Origin: the human T2T-CHM13v2.0 reference genome, Homo sapiens
Strand: one strand, 5' to 3'
Length of the DNA stretch: 64,000 bases
Assembly (NCBI RefSeq): GCF_009914755.1
Contig: NC_060946.1
Shown here: in pieces, positions 1 to 15,400 of the stretch
Position numbering within the stretch: the stretch's first letter is position 1
How the letters are laid out: every line of letters begins with the position of its first letter
The notes under the pieces: model-generated
Databases searched by the model: none
Told to the model about the DNA's origin: nothing
Seen by the model: the letters and a program-made list of their open reading frames with translations, nothing else
Program-made: the position numbers and the translations under genes

Positions 1-2360
<2,360 letters not shown>

Positions 2361-2423
2361 TATGATGTTAGCTGGTTATTTTGCTTGTTAGTTGATGCAG
2401 TTTCTTCCTAGTCTTGATGGTCT

Positions 2424-3438
2424 TTACATTTTGGCATGATTTTGCAGTGGCTGGTACTGGTTGTTCCTTTCCATGTTTAGCGCTTCCTTCAGGAGCTCTT
2501 TTAGGGCAGGCCTGGTGGTGACAAAATCTCTCAGCATTTGCTTGTCTGTAAAGTATTTTATTTCTCCTTCGCTTATGAAGCTTAGTTTGGCTGGATATGA
2601 AATTCTGGGTTGAAAATTCTTTTCTTTAAGAATGTTGAATATTGGCCCCCACTCTCTTCTGGCTTGTAGGGTTTCTGCCAAGAGATCCGCTGTTAGTCTG
2701 ATGGGCTTCCCTTTGAGGGTAACCCGACCTTTCTCTCTGGCTGCCCTTAACATTTTTTCCTTCATTTCAACTTTGGTGAATCTGACAATTATGTGTCTTG
2801 GAGTTGCTCTTCTTGAGGAGTATCTTTGTGGCGTTCTCTGTATTTCCTGAATATGAATGTTGGCCTGCCTTGCTAGATTGGGGAAGTTCTCCTGGATAAT
2901 ATCCTGCAGAGTGTTTTCCAACTTGGTTCCATTCTCCCCATCACTTTCAGGTACACCAATCAGACATAGATTTGGTCTTTTCACATAGTCCCATATTTCT
3001 TGGAGGCTTTGCTCATTCCTTTTAATTCTGTTTTCTCTAAACTTCCCTTCTTGCTTCATTTCATTCATTTCATCTTCCATCGCTGATACTCTTTCTTCCA
3101 GTTGATCACATTAGCTCCTGAGGCTTTGCATTCTTCACGTAGTTCTGGAGCCTTGGTTTTCAGCTCCATCAGCTCCTTTAAGCACTTCTCTGTATTGATT
3201 ATTCTAGTTATACATTCTTCTAAATTTTTTTCAAAGTTTTCAACTTCTTTGCCTTTGGTTTGAATGTCCTCCCGTAGCTCAGAGTAATTTGATCGTCTGA
3301 AGCCTTCTTCTCTCAGCTCGTCAAAGTCATTCTCCATCCAGCTTTGTTCCGTTGCTGGTAAGGAACTGCGTTCCTTTGGAGGAGGAGAGCGCTCTGCTTT
3401 TTAGAGTTTCCAGTTTTTCTGTTCTGTTTTTTCCCCAT
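2424..3438 (-). pseudogene. L1 ORF1p, frameshifted
   Basis: ATG at 3438. The ORF track splits it into 3065..3337 and 2424..3080; it ends ...QPLQNHAKM*. Confidence 0.93.
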
Positions 3439-3889
3439 GTTTGTGGTTTTATCTACTTTTGGTCTTTGATGATGGTGATGTACAGATGGGTTTTTGGTGT
3501 GGATGTCCTTTCTGTTTGTTAGTTTTCCTTCTAACAGACAGGACCCTCAGCTGCAGGTCTGTTGGAATACCCTGCCGTGTGAGGTATCAGTGTGCCCCTG
3601 CTGGGGGGTGCCTCCCAGTTAGGCTGCTCTGGGGTCAGGGGTCAGGGACCCACTTGAGGAGGCAGTCTGCCCGTTCTCAGATCTCCAGCTGCGTGCTGGG
3701 AGAACAACTGCTCTCTTCAAAGCTGTCAGACAGGGACATTTAAGTCTGCAGAGATTACTGCTGTCTTTTTGTCTGTGCCCTGCCCCCAGAGGTGGAGCCT
3801 ACAGAGGCAGGCAGGCCTCCTTGAGCTGTGGTGGGCTCCACCCAGTTCGAGCTTCCCGGCTGCTTTGTTTACCTAAGCAAGCCTGGGCA

Positions 3890-4198
3890 ATGGTGGGCGC
3901 CCCTCCCCCAGCCTCGCTGCCGCCTTGCAGTTTGATCTCAGACTGCTGTGCTAGCAATCAGCAAGACTCCGTGGGCGTAGGACCCTCCGAGCCAGGTGCA
4001 GGATATAATCTCGTGGTGCGCCGTTTTTTAAGCCCATCGGAAAAGCGCAGTATTCGGGTGGGAGTTACCCGATTTTCCAGGTGCCGTCCATCACCCCTTT
4101 CTTTGACTCGGAAAGGGAACTCCCTGACCCCTTGCGCTTCCCAAGTGAGGCAATGCCTCGCCCTGCTTTGGCTCGCGCACGGTGCGTGTACCCACTGA
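3890..4198 (+). CDS. L1 ORF0 (antisense ORF in the 5' UTR), open, 102 aa
   Basis: MVGAPPPASLPPCSLISDCCASNQQDSVGVGPSEPG... matches the known primate ORF0 N-terminus. It lies in the L1 antisense-promoter region. Confidence 0.75.
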   Translation: MVGAPPPASLPPCSLISDCCASNQQDSVGVGPSEPGAGYNLVVRRFLSPSEKRSIRVGVTRFSRCRPSPLSLTRKGNSLTPCASQVRQCLALLWLAHGACTH

Positions 4199-4340
4199 CC
4201 TGTGCCCACTGTCTGGCACTCCCTAGTGAGATGAACCCGGTACCTCAGATGGAAATGCAGAAATCACCGTCTTCTGTGTCGCTCACGCTGGGAGCTGTAG
4301 ACTGGAGCTGTTCCTATTTGGCCATCTTGGCTCCTCCCCC

Positions 4341-5720
4341 TTAAATTTACTTTAATTGACATATAATAAATGTACATGTTATGGGGTACAGAGTGATATT
4401 TTGATATATTTATACGATGTGTAAAGATCAAGTCAGAGTCATTATCATATCCATTACCTAAATCATGTATTATTTCTTTGCAGTGAGCATATTCAAAATC
4501 TTTTATTTTAGTTATTTGAAAACACACAATAAATTCCCATTAACTACAGTCACCCAACAGTGCTGTAGAGAACTAGAACTTCTTCCTTCTCTCCAGCTGT
4601 AATTTTGTATGTATTAACCACATTTTTCTTATACTCTTCTTTCTCCTACTCTTTCCAGGATATGGTAACCAAAACTCTACTATCTACTTCTACGGGATTA
4701 AAAATTTTAGCTTCCATACATAAGTGAGAACACGTAGTTATGTGGTGTTTATGTTTCTATGCCAGGCTTATTTCACCTAACATAATGCCCTCCACTTGCA
4801 TTCTTGTTGCCACAAATAACAGGATTTTGTTCTTTATTATGACTAAATAATATTCCATTATATATGTATGTCACATTTCTTTATCCATTCATCTGTTGAT
4901 GGACACTTTTGTTGATTCCATATCTTGGCTATTGTGAATAGTACTGTAATAAACATGGGGGTGCAGGTAACTCTTTGATATACTGATTTTCTTTCCTTTG
5001 GATATATACTGAAAACCATATGATTAAATTAATAAACACAATAAAAGCGTTTGGCAAAATTAAATATTCTTACATGACAAAAAACCTCTCAACAATTTAG
5101 TATAGAAAATATATGCCTTAACACAGAAGGACATAAAGGACAAATCTACAGCTAAGATCATACTGAGTGTGGAAAACGTGAAAGATTTTACTGTGAACAA
5201 GAAAAAGATTTTACTGGAACAGGAAAAGGATGCCTATTCTCACCAATCATATTTCACATAGTGAAAGTCTTAGCCAGGACAATTAGGTGAGAGAAAGAAA
5301 TAAAGGACATCTGAATTGGAAAGGAGACAGTCAAACTGTCCCTGTTTAAAGACAATGTGATCTTATACACGGAAAAAAATAAGACTCTACCAAAAGCTTC
5401 TTAGGGTGATACATGAAATTAATAAAGTTGCAGGATATAAATCAACATACAAAAATCAGTAGCATTTCTATATATTGATAGTAAACTAGCTGAAACAAGA
5501 AATTAAGAAAGCAATTCCTTTTACAATAGCTACAAAAATGTACTTAGAAATAAATTTAACCAAGGAAGTAAAAGATTTCGACAACAAAAATGACAAATAC
5601 TAATGAAAGAAATTAAAGAAAACACAAAAAAGGAAAGACATCCACGTTTATAGATTGAAATAATATTCTTAAAATGACCCACTATCCTATGTGATTTACA
5701 AATTTAGTACAATCACTAGC
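4341..5720. mobile_element. Old L1M fragments: 3' UTR on minus (~4341-5010), then ORF2 remnant on plus (~5020-5720)
   Basis: Typical L1M 3' UTR phrases (tattccattatatatgtatg...tttatccattcatctgttgatggaca) and ORF2 phrases (ggatataaatcaacatacaaaaatcagtagcatttcta). Confidence 0.7.
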
Positions 5721-6427
5721 TTGTATTTTTAAAAGCACCTTTGCTGCATATTCTTAAGATATTCAATGACAATGCCTGGATTTAAGTTTGAGGTATTATT
5801 ATATCTATTTTATACTGGGCACAATATAATGTTATCAGAGGTAATGGTTTTGATTGGTCCTAGGTCATACAGTAATATATACATTGTGATTTATAGACAT
5901 GCTATCTTTTAATACTCAGGCATTTACAAAGTTCATTTAGACAAAGTTATAAAAACTTGCCTTCCTTTCTGCCTATATCACCTAAAAATCCTAATTTAAG
6001 AGGTAATAACATTTTTTGATATACAATTTATCAACACAATAAAAATCTAACAATTATCATGTGCAGAGTGTGAAAATCTCATCAGATTAAGGAACACAAA
6101 GACATCTTTTTCATATTTCGAATGTAAAACTGTTTTGGAAACTGTTATTTTTAGAAACAGTTAAAAACATTTTTTCATTAGTTTTTCATGTAAAATTGTG
6201 ACAACCAGCATGAAATAACTGTCATCACAGAAGCATGGTATATTCGATTCCAAAACATATTCTTTGTAAGTTTTAATATATTTATGTATTATTTATACTT
6301 ACATTGTAACCCATAATGTACAGATATTATTTTTCCTTCAACTCTTAAGAATATTCTTAAATAATAAAAAATTAATGAATTATAATTTTTGTTGGTTGGG
6401 AAAAAGAATAGACACACACGTGACAGT

Positions 6428-9256
6428 GCATCACTTCACCTCATCATTTCATCTCATCATTTTATCTCATCATTTCATCTCATCATTTTATCTCATCATT
6501 TCATCTCATCCCATCTCATCCCATCATTTCATATCATCTCATTTCATCAAATCTCATCTCATCTCATTTCCATTTCATTTTCATTATTTCATTTCATCAT
6601 TTCATTTCACTATTTCATTTCATTTCATCTAATTCCATTTATTTCATTATGTCATTTCATATCATCTCATTTCATTTCATCTCATATTTTTTATATCATT
6701 TTTCATATCATTTTTCATCTCATCATTTCATCTCAATTCATTTCATCTCATCATTTCATCTCCTCATCTCATCATTTCCTCCTTTCAACATTTCATCTCA
6801 TTTCTTCTCATCTCATTTCAATTTCATTTCATTATTTCATCTCATTTCATTATTTCACCTAATTTCATTATTTCATTTCATCTCATCTCAATTCATCATT
6901 TCATCTCATTTTTCATCTCATCATTTTTCATCTCATCATCTAATCTCATTTCACTTCATTTCATCATTTCAGCTCATCATTTCATGTCACATCTCTTCAT
7001 TTCATCATTTCATTTCAACATTTCATTTCATCTCATCTTTCAATTTCATTTCAATATCATCATTTCATCATTTCTTTTCATTTCATCTCATTTCATTATT
7101 TCATTTCATTTCATCTCACCATTTCATCTCATCATTTTTCATCTCATCATCTCATCTCATCATTTCATCATTTCATCTCATTTCTTCTCATCATTTCATC
7201 TCATCATTTTATCTCATTTCATCTCATCTCATTTCAATTTCATTTCATTATTTCATTTCATTTCACTTCATTTCATCTCATCATTTTATCTCATCTCATT
7301 TCATCTCATTTCTTCTCATCTCATCATTTCATCATTTCATCTTGTTTCATCTCATTTCATCTCACCTCATCTCATCATTTCATCTCAACATTTCATCTCT
7401 TCCTTTCATTTCATCTCATCGTTTCGTCTCATCTCATCTCATCTCACCTCAGCATTTCATCATTTCATCTCATCATTTCTTATTTCATCTCATTTTATCT
7501 CATTTCATCTCATATCTCAATTCAATTTCCTTTCATTATTTCATTTCATCTCATTCATTTCATCTCATTTCATTACATCTCATCATTTCCTCTCATCATT
7601 ACATCTCATCTCATCTCATCATTTCATCATTTCATCTCATCATTGCATCTCATCATTTCAAATCCATCATTCATCTCGTCATTTCATCTCATCTCATCAT
7701 TTCCATTTCATCGTTTCATTTCATCATTTAATTTCATCATCTCATTTAATTTCACCTCATTTCATTATTTCATTTCATTTTTTCATTTATGTCATTTCAT
7801 TTCATCTCATTACATTTCGTCTAATTTCATTTCATCCCATTTCATCTCATCATTTCATCTCATCTTTTCATCTCATCATTTCATCTCATCTTTTCATCTC
7901 ATCATTTTATCTCATCATCTCATCAACTCTTTTCATCTTATCATTTCATCATTTCATCTCATCTCATATCTTCTCATTTCAATTTCATGTCATTATTTCA
8001 TTTCATTATTTCATGTCATCTCATCTCATCATTTCATCTCATCACATCTCATCATTTCATCATTTTATTTCATCATCTCATCTTATCATTTCATCTCATT
8101 TCAATTTTATTTCAATTTCATTTCATTATTTCATTTCATTTCATCTCATCAGTTCATCTCATCATTTCATCTCATCTTCTCATCTCATCATTTCATCTCA
8201 TCACTCATCTCATTTCATATCATCATTTTATCTCATCTCATCATTTCATCTCATCACTCATCTCATTTCATATCATCATTTTATCTCATCTCATCATTAC
8301 ATCTCATTTCATCTCATTTTATGTCATCATTTCATGTCATTTCATCACATCTCATCTCATCGTTTCATCTCATCATTTCATCATTTCATCTCATTTCAAC
8401 TCATTGCATCTCATCTCATCATTTCCATTTCATTATTCCATTTCATCATTTCATTTCATTATGTCATTTCATCTCATCATATTTCATCTCATCTCATCAT
8501 TTCATTTCATCTCATCATTTCATCTCATTTTATCTCATCTCATCATTTCATCATTTCATCTCATCATTTCTTCTCATCTCATCATTTCATTATTTCATTT
8601 CATCTCATTTCATTATTTCATTTCATTGTCATTTCATTTCATCTCATTACATTTCATCTCATCATTTCATCCATCATTTCATTTCATCATTTCATCTCAT
8701 GATTTCATCTCATCTCATCTCGTTATCGCATTTCATCTCATTATTGCATCTCATTTCATCTCATCTCATCATTTCATTTCATCATTACATCTCATCATTT
8801 CAACTCATTTCAATTTCATTTCAATTTCATCATTACATTTCATAATTTCCTTTCATTATTTCATTTCATTTCATCTCATTTCATTATTTCATTTCATCTC
8901 ATTTTTCATCTCATTTCATCTCATCATTCATCTCATTTCATCTCATCATTTTATCTCATTATTTCATCTCATCTCATCTCATTTCAATTTCATTATTTCA
9001 TATCATTTCATTATTTCATTTCATCTCATCATTTCATCTCGTTTCATCTCATCATTTCATCCATCATCTCATCATTTCATCTCATTTCACCTCATCTCAT
9101 CTCCTTTCAATTTCTTTTCAATTTTGTCATTTCGTCTCATCATTTCATCTCATCGTTTCTACTCACCATTTCATCTCAAAATTTCATCTCATCATCTCAT
9201 CTCATCTCATCATTTCGTCATTTCATCTCATCTCAAGTCATCTTATCATTTCATCT
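6428..9256 (+). repeat. Diverged pentamer satellite (CATTT/CATCT)n, HSAT2/3-like
   Basis: ~2.8 kb of CATTT, CATCT and CAT units, almost no G on the + strand. Confidence 0.9.
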
Positions 9257-9429
9257 AAGTGAAATGATGTAATGGAATCATGAAATGAAATGGATAGGAT
9301 GCCCTCAGTGATGTTAAATTTAAAAATTGTTTCTTTTCATGTATGCATTTTTATATTTATATGTATTTATATTTATATTTACTTATATTTCTTTTTACTT
9401 ATTTTTATTTATATTTTTACTTATTTCTT

Positions 9430-9840
9430 TATTTATAGACAAGATCCTGTTCTATGGCCTAGGCTGGAATGCAGTGGTGCATTCACAGTTCACTGCAGCC
9501 TCGAGCAAACCTCCCACCTTAGCCTCCCAGGTGGCTGGGACCCCAGGTGCACACCACCACACCTGGTTAATATTTTATTATTTGTAGAGATGGAGTCTTG
9601 CTATTCTGCCCAGGCTGGTCTCAAACTCCTGGGCTCAAGCAATCCTCCTGCATTGGCAACCCAAAATGCTGGGATGACAGATATGAGCCACAGTGCCCAA
9701 CCTATTTATTTATTTATTTATTTAATAAGGACAAGGTCTCACTATGTTGCCCAGGCTGGTCAACTCCTGGACTCAAATGATTCTCCAAACGTGGCCTCTC
9801 AAAATGTTGGGATTACAGGTATGAGCCACCAAGCCTGGCT
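9430..9840 (-). mobile_element. Old Alu (AluJ-like) plus adjacent monomer
   Basis: aggctggaatgcagtgg, caggctggtctcaaactcctgggctcaagc and gggattacaggtatgagccacc. Confidence 0.8.
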
Positions 9841-10269
9841 AAAAATAGTATTATATTTTTGTATCATATAATTTTCAATTAGGTAATATGAATATTCTGT
9901 ATAGGAAATACGCCCTTAATTACATAGGAATAAACATTCGTTACACTGAGAAAAATCTAACAGAGCTAAAAATAAAAATTAATTTGGAAAGGTCATTAGA
10001 TACTGACACATTCTTACGTTTATACATTCTTTCATATATTCATATATTCTTTTAACAGTATCAATGGTTTGGAGTTATGTGTACAAAACCATGACCTATA
10101 TGTAATACAACTAATAACAGGCACTTACAATTCAAGGCATATTATATACAAAGCTTTAACTTCTTATCAAAATATTTTGTTTTTTTTCTTTCTGTTTTGG
10201 CAGATACTATGAATACAACATTCAACTCACAGACACCATGGAGCCCTTACTAAGCATAAAGTACTGTGA

Positions 10270-11992
10270 AAGGCCAGGGCTAGGACAGAACTGAGACAGG
10301 GCCAGGGATAGGACAGAACCGGGGCAGGGTCATGGCCAGAGAAAAACCAGGGGCAGGGTCACAGCCAGGGACATGAGAGGACCAAGGCCAGGGCCAGAAG
10401 CAGGGCAGAACCAGGGCCAGGGCAGGGACATGGCAGGGCCAGGGCCATGGCAGGATCAGGGTCAGCAGAAGGCCAGGGCAGGGCTAGGGTAGCACAGGGC
10501 CAAGGCAGGGCAGGGTCAGTGTAGAGCAAGGAACGGGCCAGGGTATGGCAGGGCAGGGACAGGGAGGTCCAGGGCCAGAGTCAGGTCCAGGACATGGACA
10601 GGGCAGGGCCAGAAACATGGCAGGACCAGAAAGGGAACAGGGCAAGGGCAAGGCCAGAGAAGGACCATGGAAAAAACATGGCCAGGGAGGGTCCAGGGCA
10701 AGGGCAAGGCCAGGGCAGAACCAGAGCCAGGGCAGGCCAAAGGCAGGGCCAGGGAAGGGCAAGGCCAGGGTAGGGTGGGGCCAGGGTAGGGTGAGGGTAG
10801 GGCCAGGGCGAGTTCAGGGCCAGGGCAGGACTAAGATAGCACAGGGCCAAGGCAGGGCCAGGGCAGGGCCAAAAGGAGGGGCCAGGGCCAAGCATGGCCA
10901 GTGTCAGACCTGGGGATTGTCAGGGCCAGGGTCAGGGTCAAGGCTGGGCCAGGGACAGGGCCAGAGCAAAGGCAGGGCCAGGGAGAAAGCAGAACCAGAG
11001 AGGATCCAGAGCAAGGCCAGGGTCAGGGAAGAACCAGGACCAGGATAAGGCAAAGCCAAGGCCAGGGCAGGGCAAGACCAGGGCAGGGCAAGGCCAGGGT
11101 AGGGCCAGGCCAGGGTAGGAGAAGGCCATGATAGGGCCAAGGCCAAGGCAGGGCAGGGCTAGGGTAGCACAGGGCATGGCCAAAAACAGGGCAGGGCCAT
11201 AGCAGTGGCAGGACTAGCAACAGGGCCAGGGCAAGCGCTGGACCACAGCATGGTGGGGACAATACAGGGCCAGGACAGAGGATGGCAAGGCAGGTCCAGG
11301 GCCATTTCATGGACTCGGTAGGCCTGGGGTCAGGCCAGGGCAGGGCAAAGGCAAGGCCAGGGAGAAGGCAAGGCCGGGGCCAAGGCAGTGCCAGGGCAGG
11401 GCAGGACCAGTGCAGGGCCAACGCAGGGTGAGGGCAAGGCCAGGGCATGGAAGGGCAGGGCAGGACCAAGGAAGGGCCAGGAGAGGGCCACGGCAGGGTC
11501 ACGGCCAGAACAAGGGTATGGCTGGGGTCAGGAATATGGTAGGACGAGGGCTGGGCCCAGGCTGGGACACGCAGGGCAGAGCATGGCCTGTGCAAGGCAC
11601 GGCCAGAGCCAGGCCATAGAGATGGGAGGGCAACACCAAGGCAGAGTCAGGGTAGATCCAGGGCTGAGCAGAGTCAGGGCAGGTCCAGAGTCGAGGCAGA
11701 GCTAGGGCCCAAGCAGGGCCATGGTAGCACCAGGGCAGAGGAGGGCAGGGCAATGCAGGACTGGGCCATGGCAGTGCCTGGTCAACTCCGGGGCAGGGCC
11801 AGAAGCAGGACAGGGCCAGGGCCAATGCTCAGGCCAGGGACAGGGCATGACAGGACGTGCCAGAGCAGGGCTGGGCCAATGTTGGGGCAGGACAAATCAG
11901 ACCAGGACACCTCCAAGTCCAGCTCTGGCCCTGCCTTGGCCCTGGCCCCTTCCTGGCCTGACCTTGTCCCTGGCCCTGCCCTATCCATGCCC
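10270..11992 (+). repeat. CAGGG repeat block 1, with inverted C-rich arm at 11921-11992
   Basis: Dense CAGGG/CAGGGC/CAAGGC units, G-rich on +. Confidence 0.92.
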
Positions 11993-12044
11993 TGTGTGTT
12001 TGACCACTGTTTTATAACCAGAATCCTACAAGAAACTTAAATTA

Positions 12045-12280
12045 GTTCTTTTTGTGCATTTTTAGTAGAGATGGGGTTTCACAATGTTGACCAGGCTGGT
12101 TCCAAACTCCTGAGCTCAAGCCATCTGCCTGCCTTGGCCTCCCAAAGTGCTGGGATTACAGGAGTAATCTGGCCAAGTATTTAACTTCTTTATGCCTGTT
12201 TCCTACATTTGGAAAATGGGGATGCTTTAAGTACCTAGCACATAGAATTATTGTGAGAATCAATGCCTCACATATTTACA
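12045..12280 (-). mobile_element. Alu fragment and probable MIR remnant in the AT-rich spacer
   Basis: tttagtagagatggggtttc...cccaaagtgctgggattacagg, then a MIR-like tgcctgtttcctacatttggaaaatggggatg. Confidence 0.65.
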
Positions 12281-12458
12281 TATTGATAAAATTATACTCA
12301 TAGAACACTACTGGAAACAAAGACAGTATTAGTTAAAATTTAGTGATTACTGCAAATATTATTACTATTACAAACAACATAGTATAGACATTACTACTAC
12401 TATAGTTATCTTAAAAATCTAAAATAAAAATTTTACATAATAGCCTAATGTAATCTCT

Positions 12459-15400
12459 CCTGCTCTGCCCTGGCTCAGCCCTAGTGCTGGCTCTGCCCCT
12501 AGTCCTACTACATCCCTGGCCCTGACCCTTCCCTGGTCCAGCCGCTGCCCTGGCCCTTCCCATCTTCAGGCCTTACCATGGCCCTACCCTGGTCCTGACC
12601 CTGCCCTGGTCTGGTCCTGACCCTGGCCCTACCCCACAGAAAGGGTATGGCAGAGCCAGGGAAGGGCCAGGGCAAATAAGTGACAGGACACATCCAAATC
12701 CAGGAAAGGGCCAGGGCTATGACAGAGCCAGGGAGAGTCCTTGGCAGGGCCAGGTTCCAGGCCAGGGCCAGGAAAGGGTCATGGCAGGGTCACTGTATGG
12801 CCAAGGTCCAGGCCAAAGCCAAGGCAGTGGCAGGGTCAGGGCTGCATAAGGGCAGGACCAGAGCCAGTGATACGGCAGGGCCAGGGCCAGGGCCAGGGCT
12901 GTGCCAGGACAGAACAAGAGCAGAGCAGGGCAGGACCAGAGCCAGGCCATAGAGAGAGTAGGGCAAATGCCAAGGCAAGGCCAGGGTAGTGCCAGGGCTG
13001 AGGCAAGGTCAGGGAAGGTCCAGGGCTGAGTCAAGGCTAGAACCAAGACAGGGGCAAAGGCCGGGGCAGATCTAGGGCACAAGCAGAGCAGGCTAGGGCA
13101 GGGCAATGGCAAGACCAGGCCATGGCAGGGCCAGCCCAGGATAGAAGAGGGCACAGGCAGGGCAGGGCCAGGGCCACAGCTGGGGCAGGACAAGGACCAG
13201 GACCGGGGTCCAGGCCAGGGCAAGGGTATGGCCAGGGCAGAGGTAGGGCCAGAGCCAGGGTCTGGGCAGGACCAAGGCAGGTCTGTTGCAGGGCCAGGGT
13301 TCAGACCAGGGCCAGAGCAGGGCTGGGACAGGGCCAGGGCCAGAACCAGGAAAGGGCAATGTCAGGACAAGGGCCATGGCAGGACCAGCAACGGGGCTGG
13401 GGCCAGGACAGGGTCAGGACCAGGGCTGGGCCAGGGTATGGCCTTAAGTAGCGAAGGGCCAGGGCCAGGGTCCATGCCAGTGCCAGCGCCGGTCCAGGGC
13501 AGACGCAGGGCCATGGCCAGGTCTAGGACAAGGCTGGGGCAGGGCCAAGGTCTGGGTCAGGGTCAGCACAAGACCAGGACAGAGCCAGGGGAGGGACAGG
13601 GCCATGGTAAGACCAGATTAAATCAGGGACAAGACACCTGCAAATCCACTTCAGGGCCAGGGTCAGGGCAGGGCCAGTTCAGGGCCAGGGCCAGGGCCAA
13701 GACAGGGCCAGGGTCAGGGCTGCCAGGGTCATTGGCAGGGCCAGGGTCAGGGCTGCCAGGGTCATTGGCAGGGCCAGGGCCATGGCAGGACCAGGGTCAG
13801 GAGCAGGGGTCAATGCCAGGCCAAGGCCACACATAGGACCAGGTCTGTGCTAGGGCCAGTGTGAGGGCCAAGGCGGGGTCAGGGCAGGGCCAAAGGGAGG
13901 GCAGGGCCAGGGCAGGGTGATGCAGGCCCAGGGTAGCACAGGGTTAAGGTAGGGCACGACCAACCAGGGCAGGTCTACGGCTGGGGCCGGGGCAGGGCCA
14001 GGGCCAGGGCAGGGCCAGAGCCAGGGCAGGGCCAAGACAGTGGCAGCTCCAGGGCAGGGCCAGGGTTAGGACCACGGACATGTCCAAGGCCAGTGCCAGG
14101 GCAAGGGCAAGGGCAGGGGCAGGGCCAGGTTCATCTAAGAACCAGGGACAAAGCCAGGCCCAGAGATGGGCCAGGACAGGTACCTGGCAGGGCTAGGGTC
14201 TGGGCCAGGGCCACGGCAGGGCCAGGGCCACAACCAGGTCTGTGCTATAGCCAGGTCCAACACAGTGCCCAGGTAAGGCTAGGTAGAAGGCCAAGGTAGG
14301 GCCAGGGCAGGGTCAAAGCCAGGCTAGGGCCAAGGCAGGGCCAGGGCTGGCAAGGCAGGGCCAGGAAAGCATAGGGCCAAGGCAGGGCAGGGCCAGGCCA
14401 GTACCAAGACCTGGGCAGGGCCAGGGGCAGGGCCAGGGGCAGGGCCACGGCCACAGCCTAGGCAGGACCAGGTTCGGGGCAGGAGCAAAACAAGGGTAAG
14501 GACAGTGCAGGTTCTTGGCACAGCCAGGGTCCAGGACAGTGTCAGGGCAGGGCCAAGGCAGGGTCTGGGCCTTGATAAGACCAGCAACAGGGCTGGGGCT
14601 AGGCCAGTGACAGGACCAGAGTCAGGGCAAGGGCCAGAGCAGTGCAAGGCCAGGGTAGGGCCAGGCATTTCAGGGTCAGGGCCAGGGGAGAACCAGGGCA
14701 AGGTCTGAAGCAGGGAAGGGCCAGGGCCAGGACAGGTCCAGGGCAGGGCCATGACACGGCCAGGGGCTGCGTTAGGGCAAGGGCAGGGCCAGAGCAAGGT
14801 AAGGGTCAGGGCCAAGGCCAGGGTAGGGACAGGGCAAGAAATATGGCAGGACCAGGGGCAATGCCAAGGCCAAGGCTGGGCCAGGGCTGAGCCAGGGCTG
14901 AGTCAGGGCAGGGCAAGGCAGGGCATGGTATGGCCAGTGCAGGACAGGACAAGAGCCAGTCCAGAGAGAGAGCAGGGCTGATGCCAAGAAAGAGCCAGGC
15001 TAGTGCCGAGGCTGAGGCAGTGTCAGAGCATGTCCAGGGCAGGGCCGGGGCCAGGGACAGAACCGAGCCAGGGCACAGCCAAGACAGGGTAGGGCAGGGA
15101 AATAGCATGGCTGGGTCAGTACTGGGACAGGGCAGAGCAGGGCAAGGCGATGGTAGCGGCAGGGCAGGGACAGGCCAATGCAGAGCCATGTCATGCCAGG
15201 GCCAGGACACCTCCAAGTCCACTTCAGGCCCAGGGCTATGGCAGGACAAAGACCAGGGCCAGGATCAGGGCCAGGTCTGTGCTAGGGCCAGCTCCAGATG
15301 AGGGTCTAGCGAAGACTAGGGTGAGGGCCAAGGTAAGGCCAGGGCAGGGTCAAAGGCAGAGTAGGGCCAGGTCAGGGTGATGCACATCCAGAGCACAACA

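Noticed and set aside
6389-9258. Long His/Ser/Ile/Phe ORFs up to 572 aa
   Set aside because: Artefact of a nearly G-free pentamer satellite; overlapping frames are open with the same low-complexity content.
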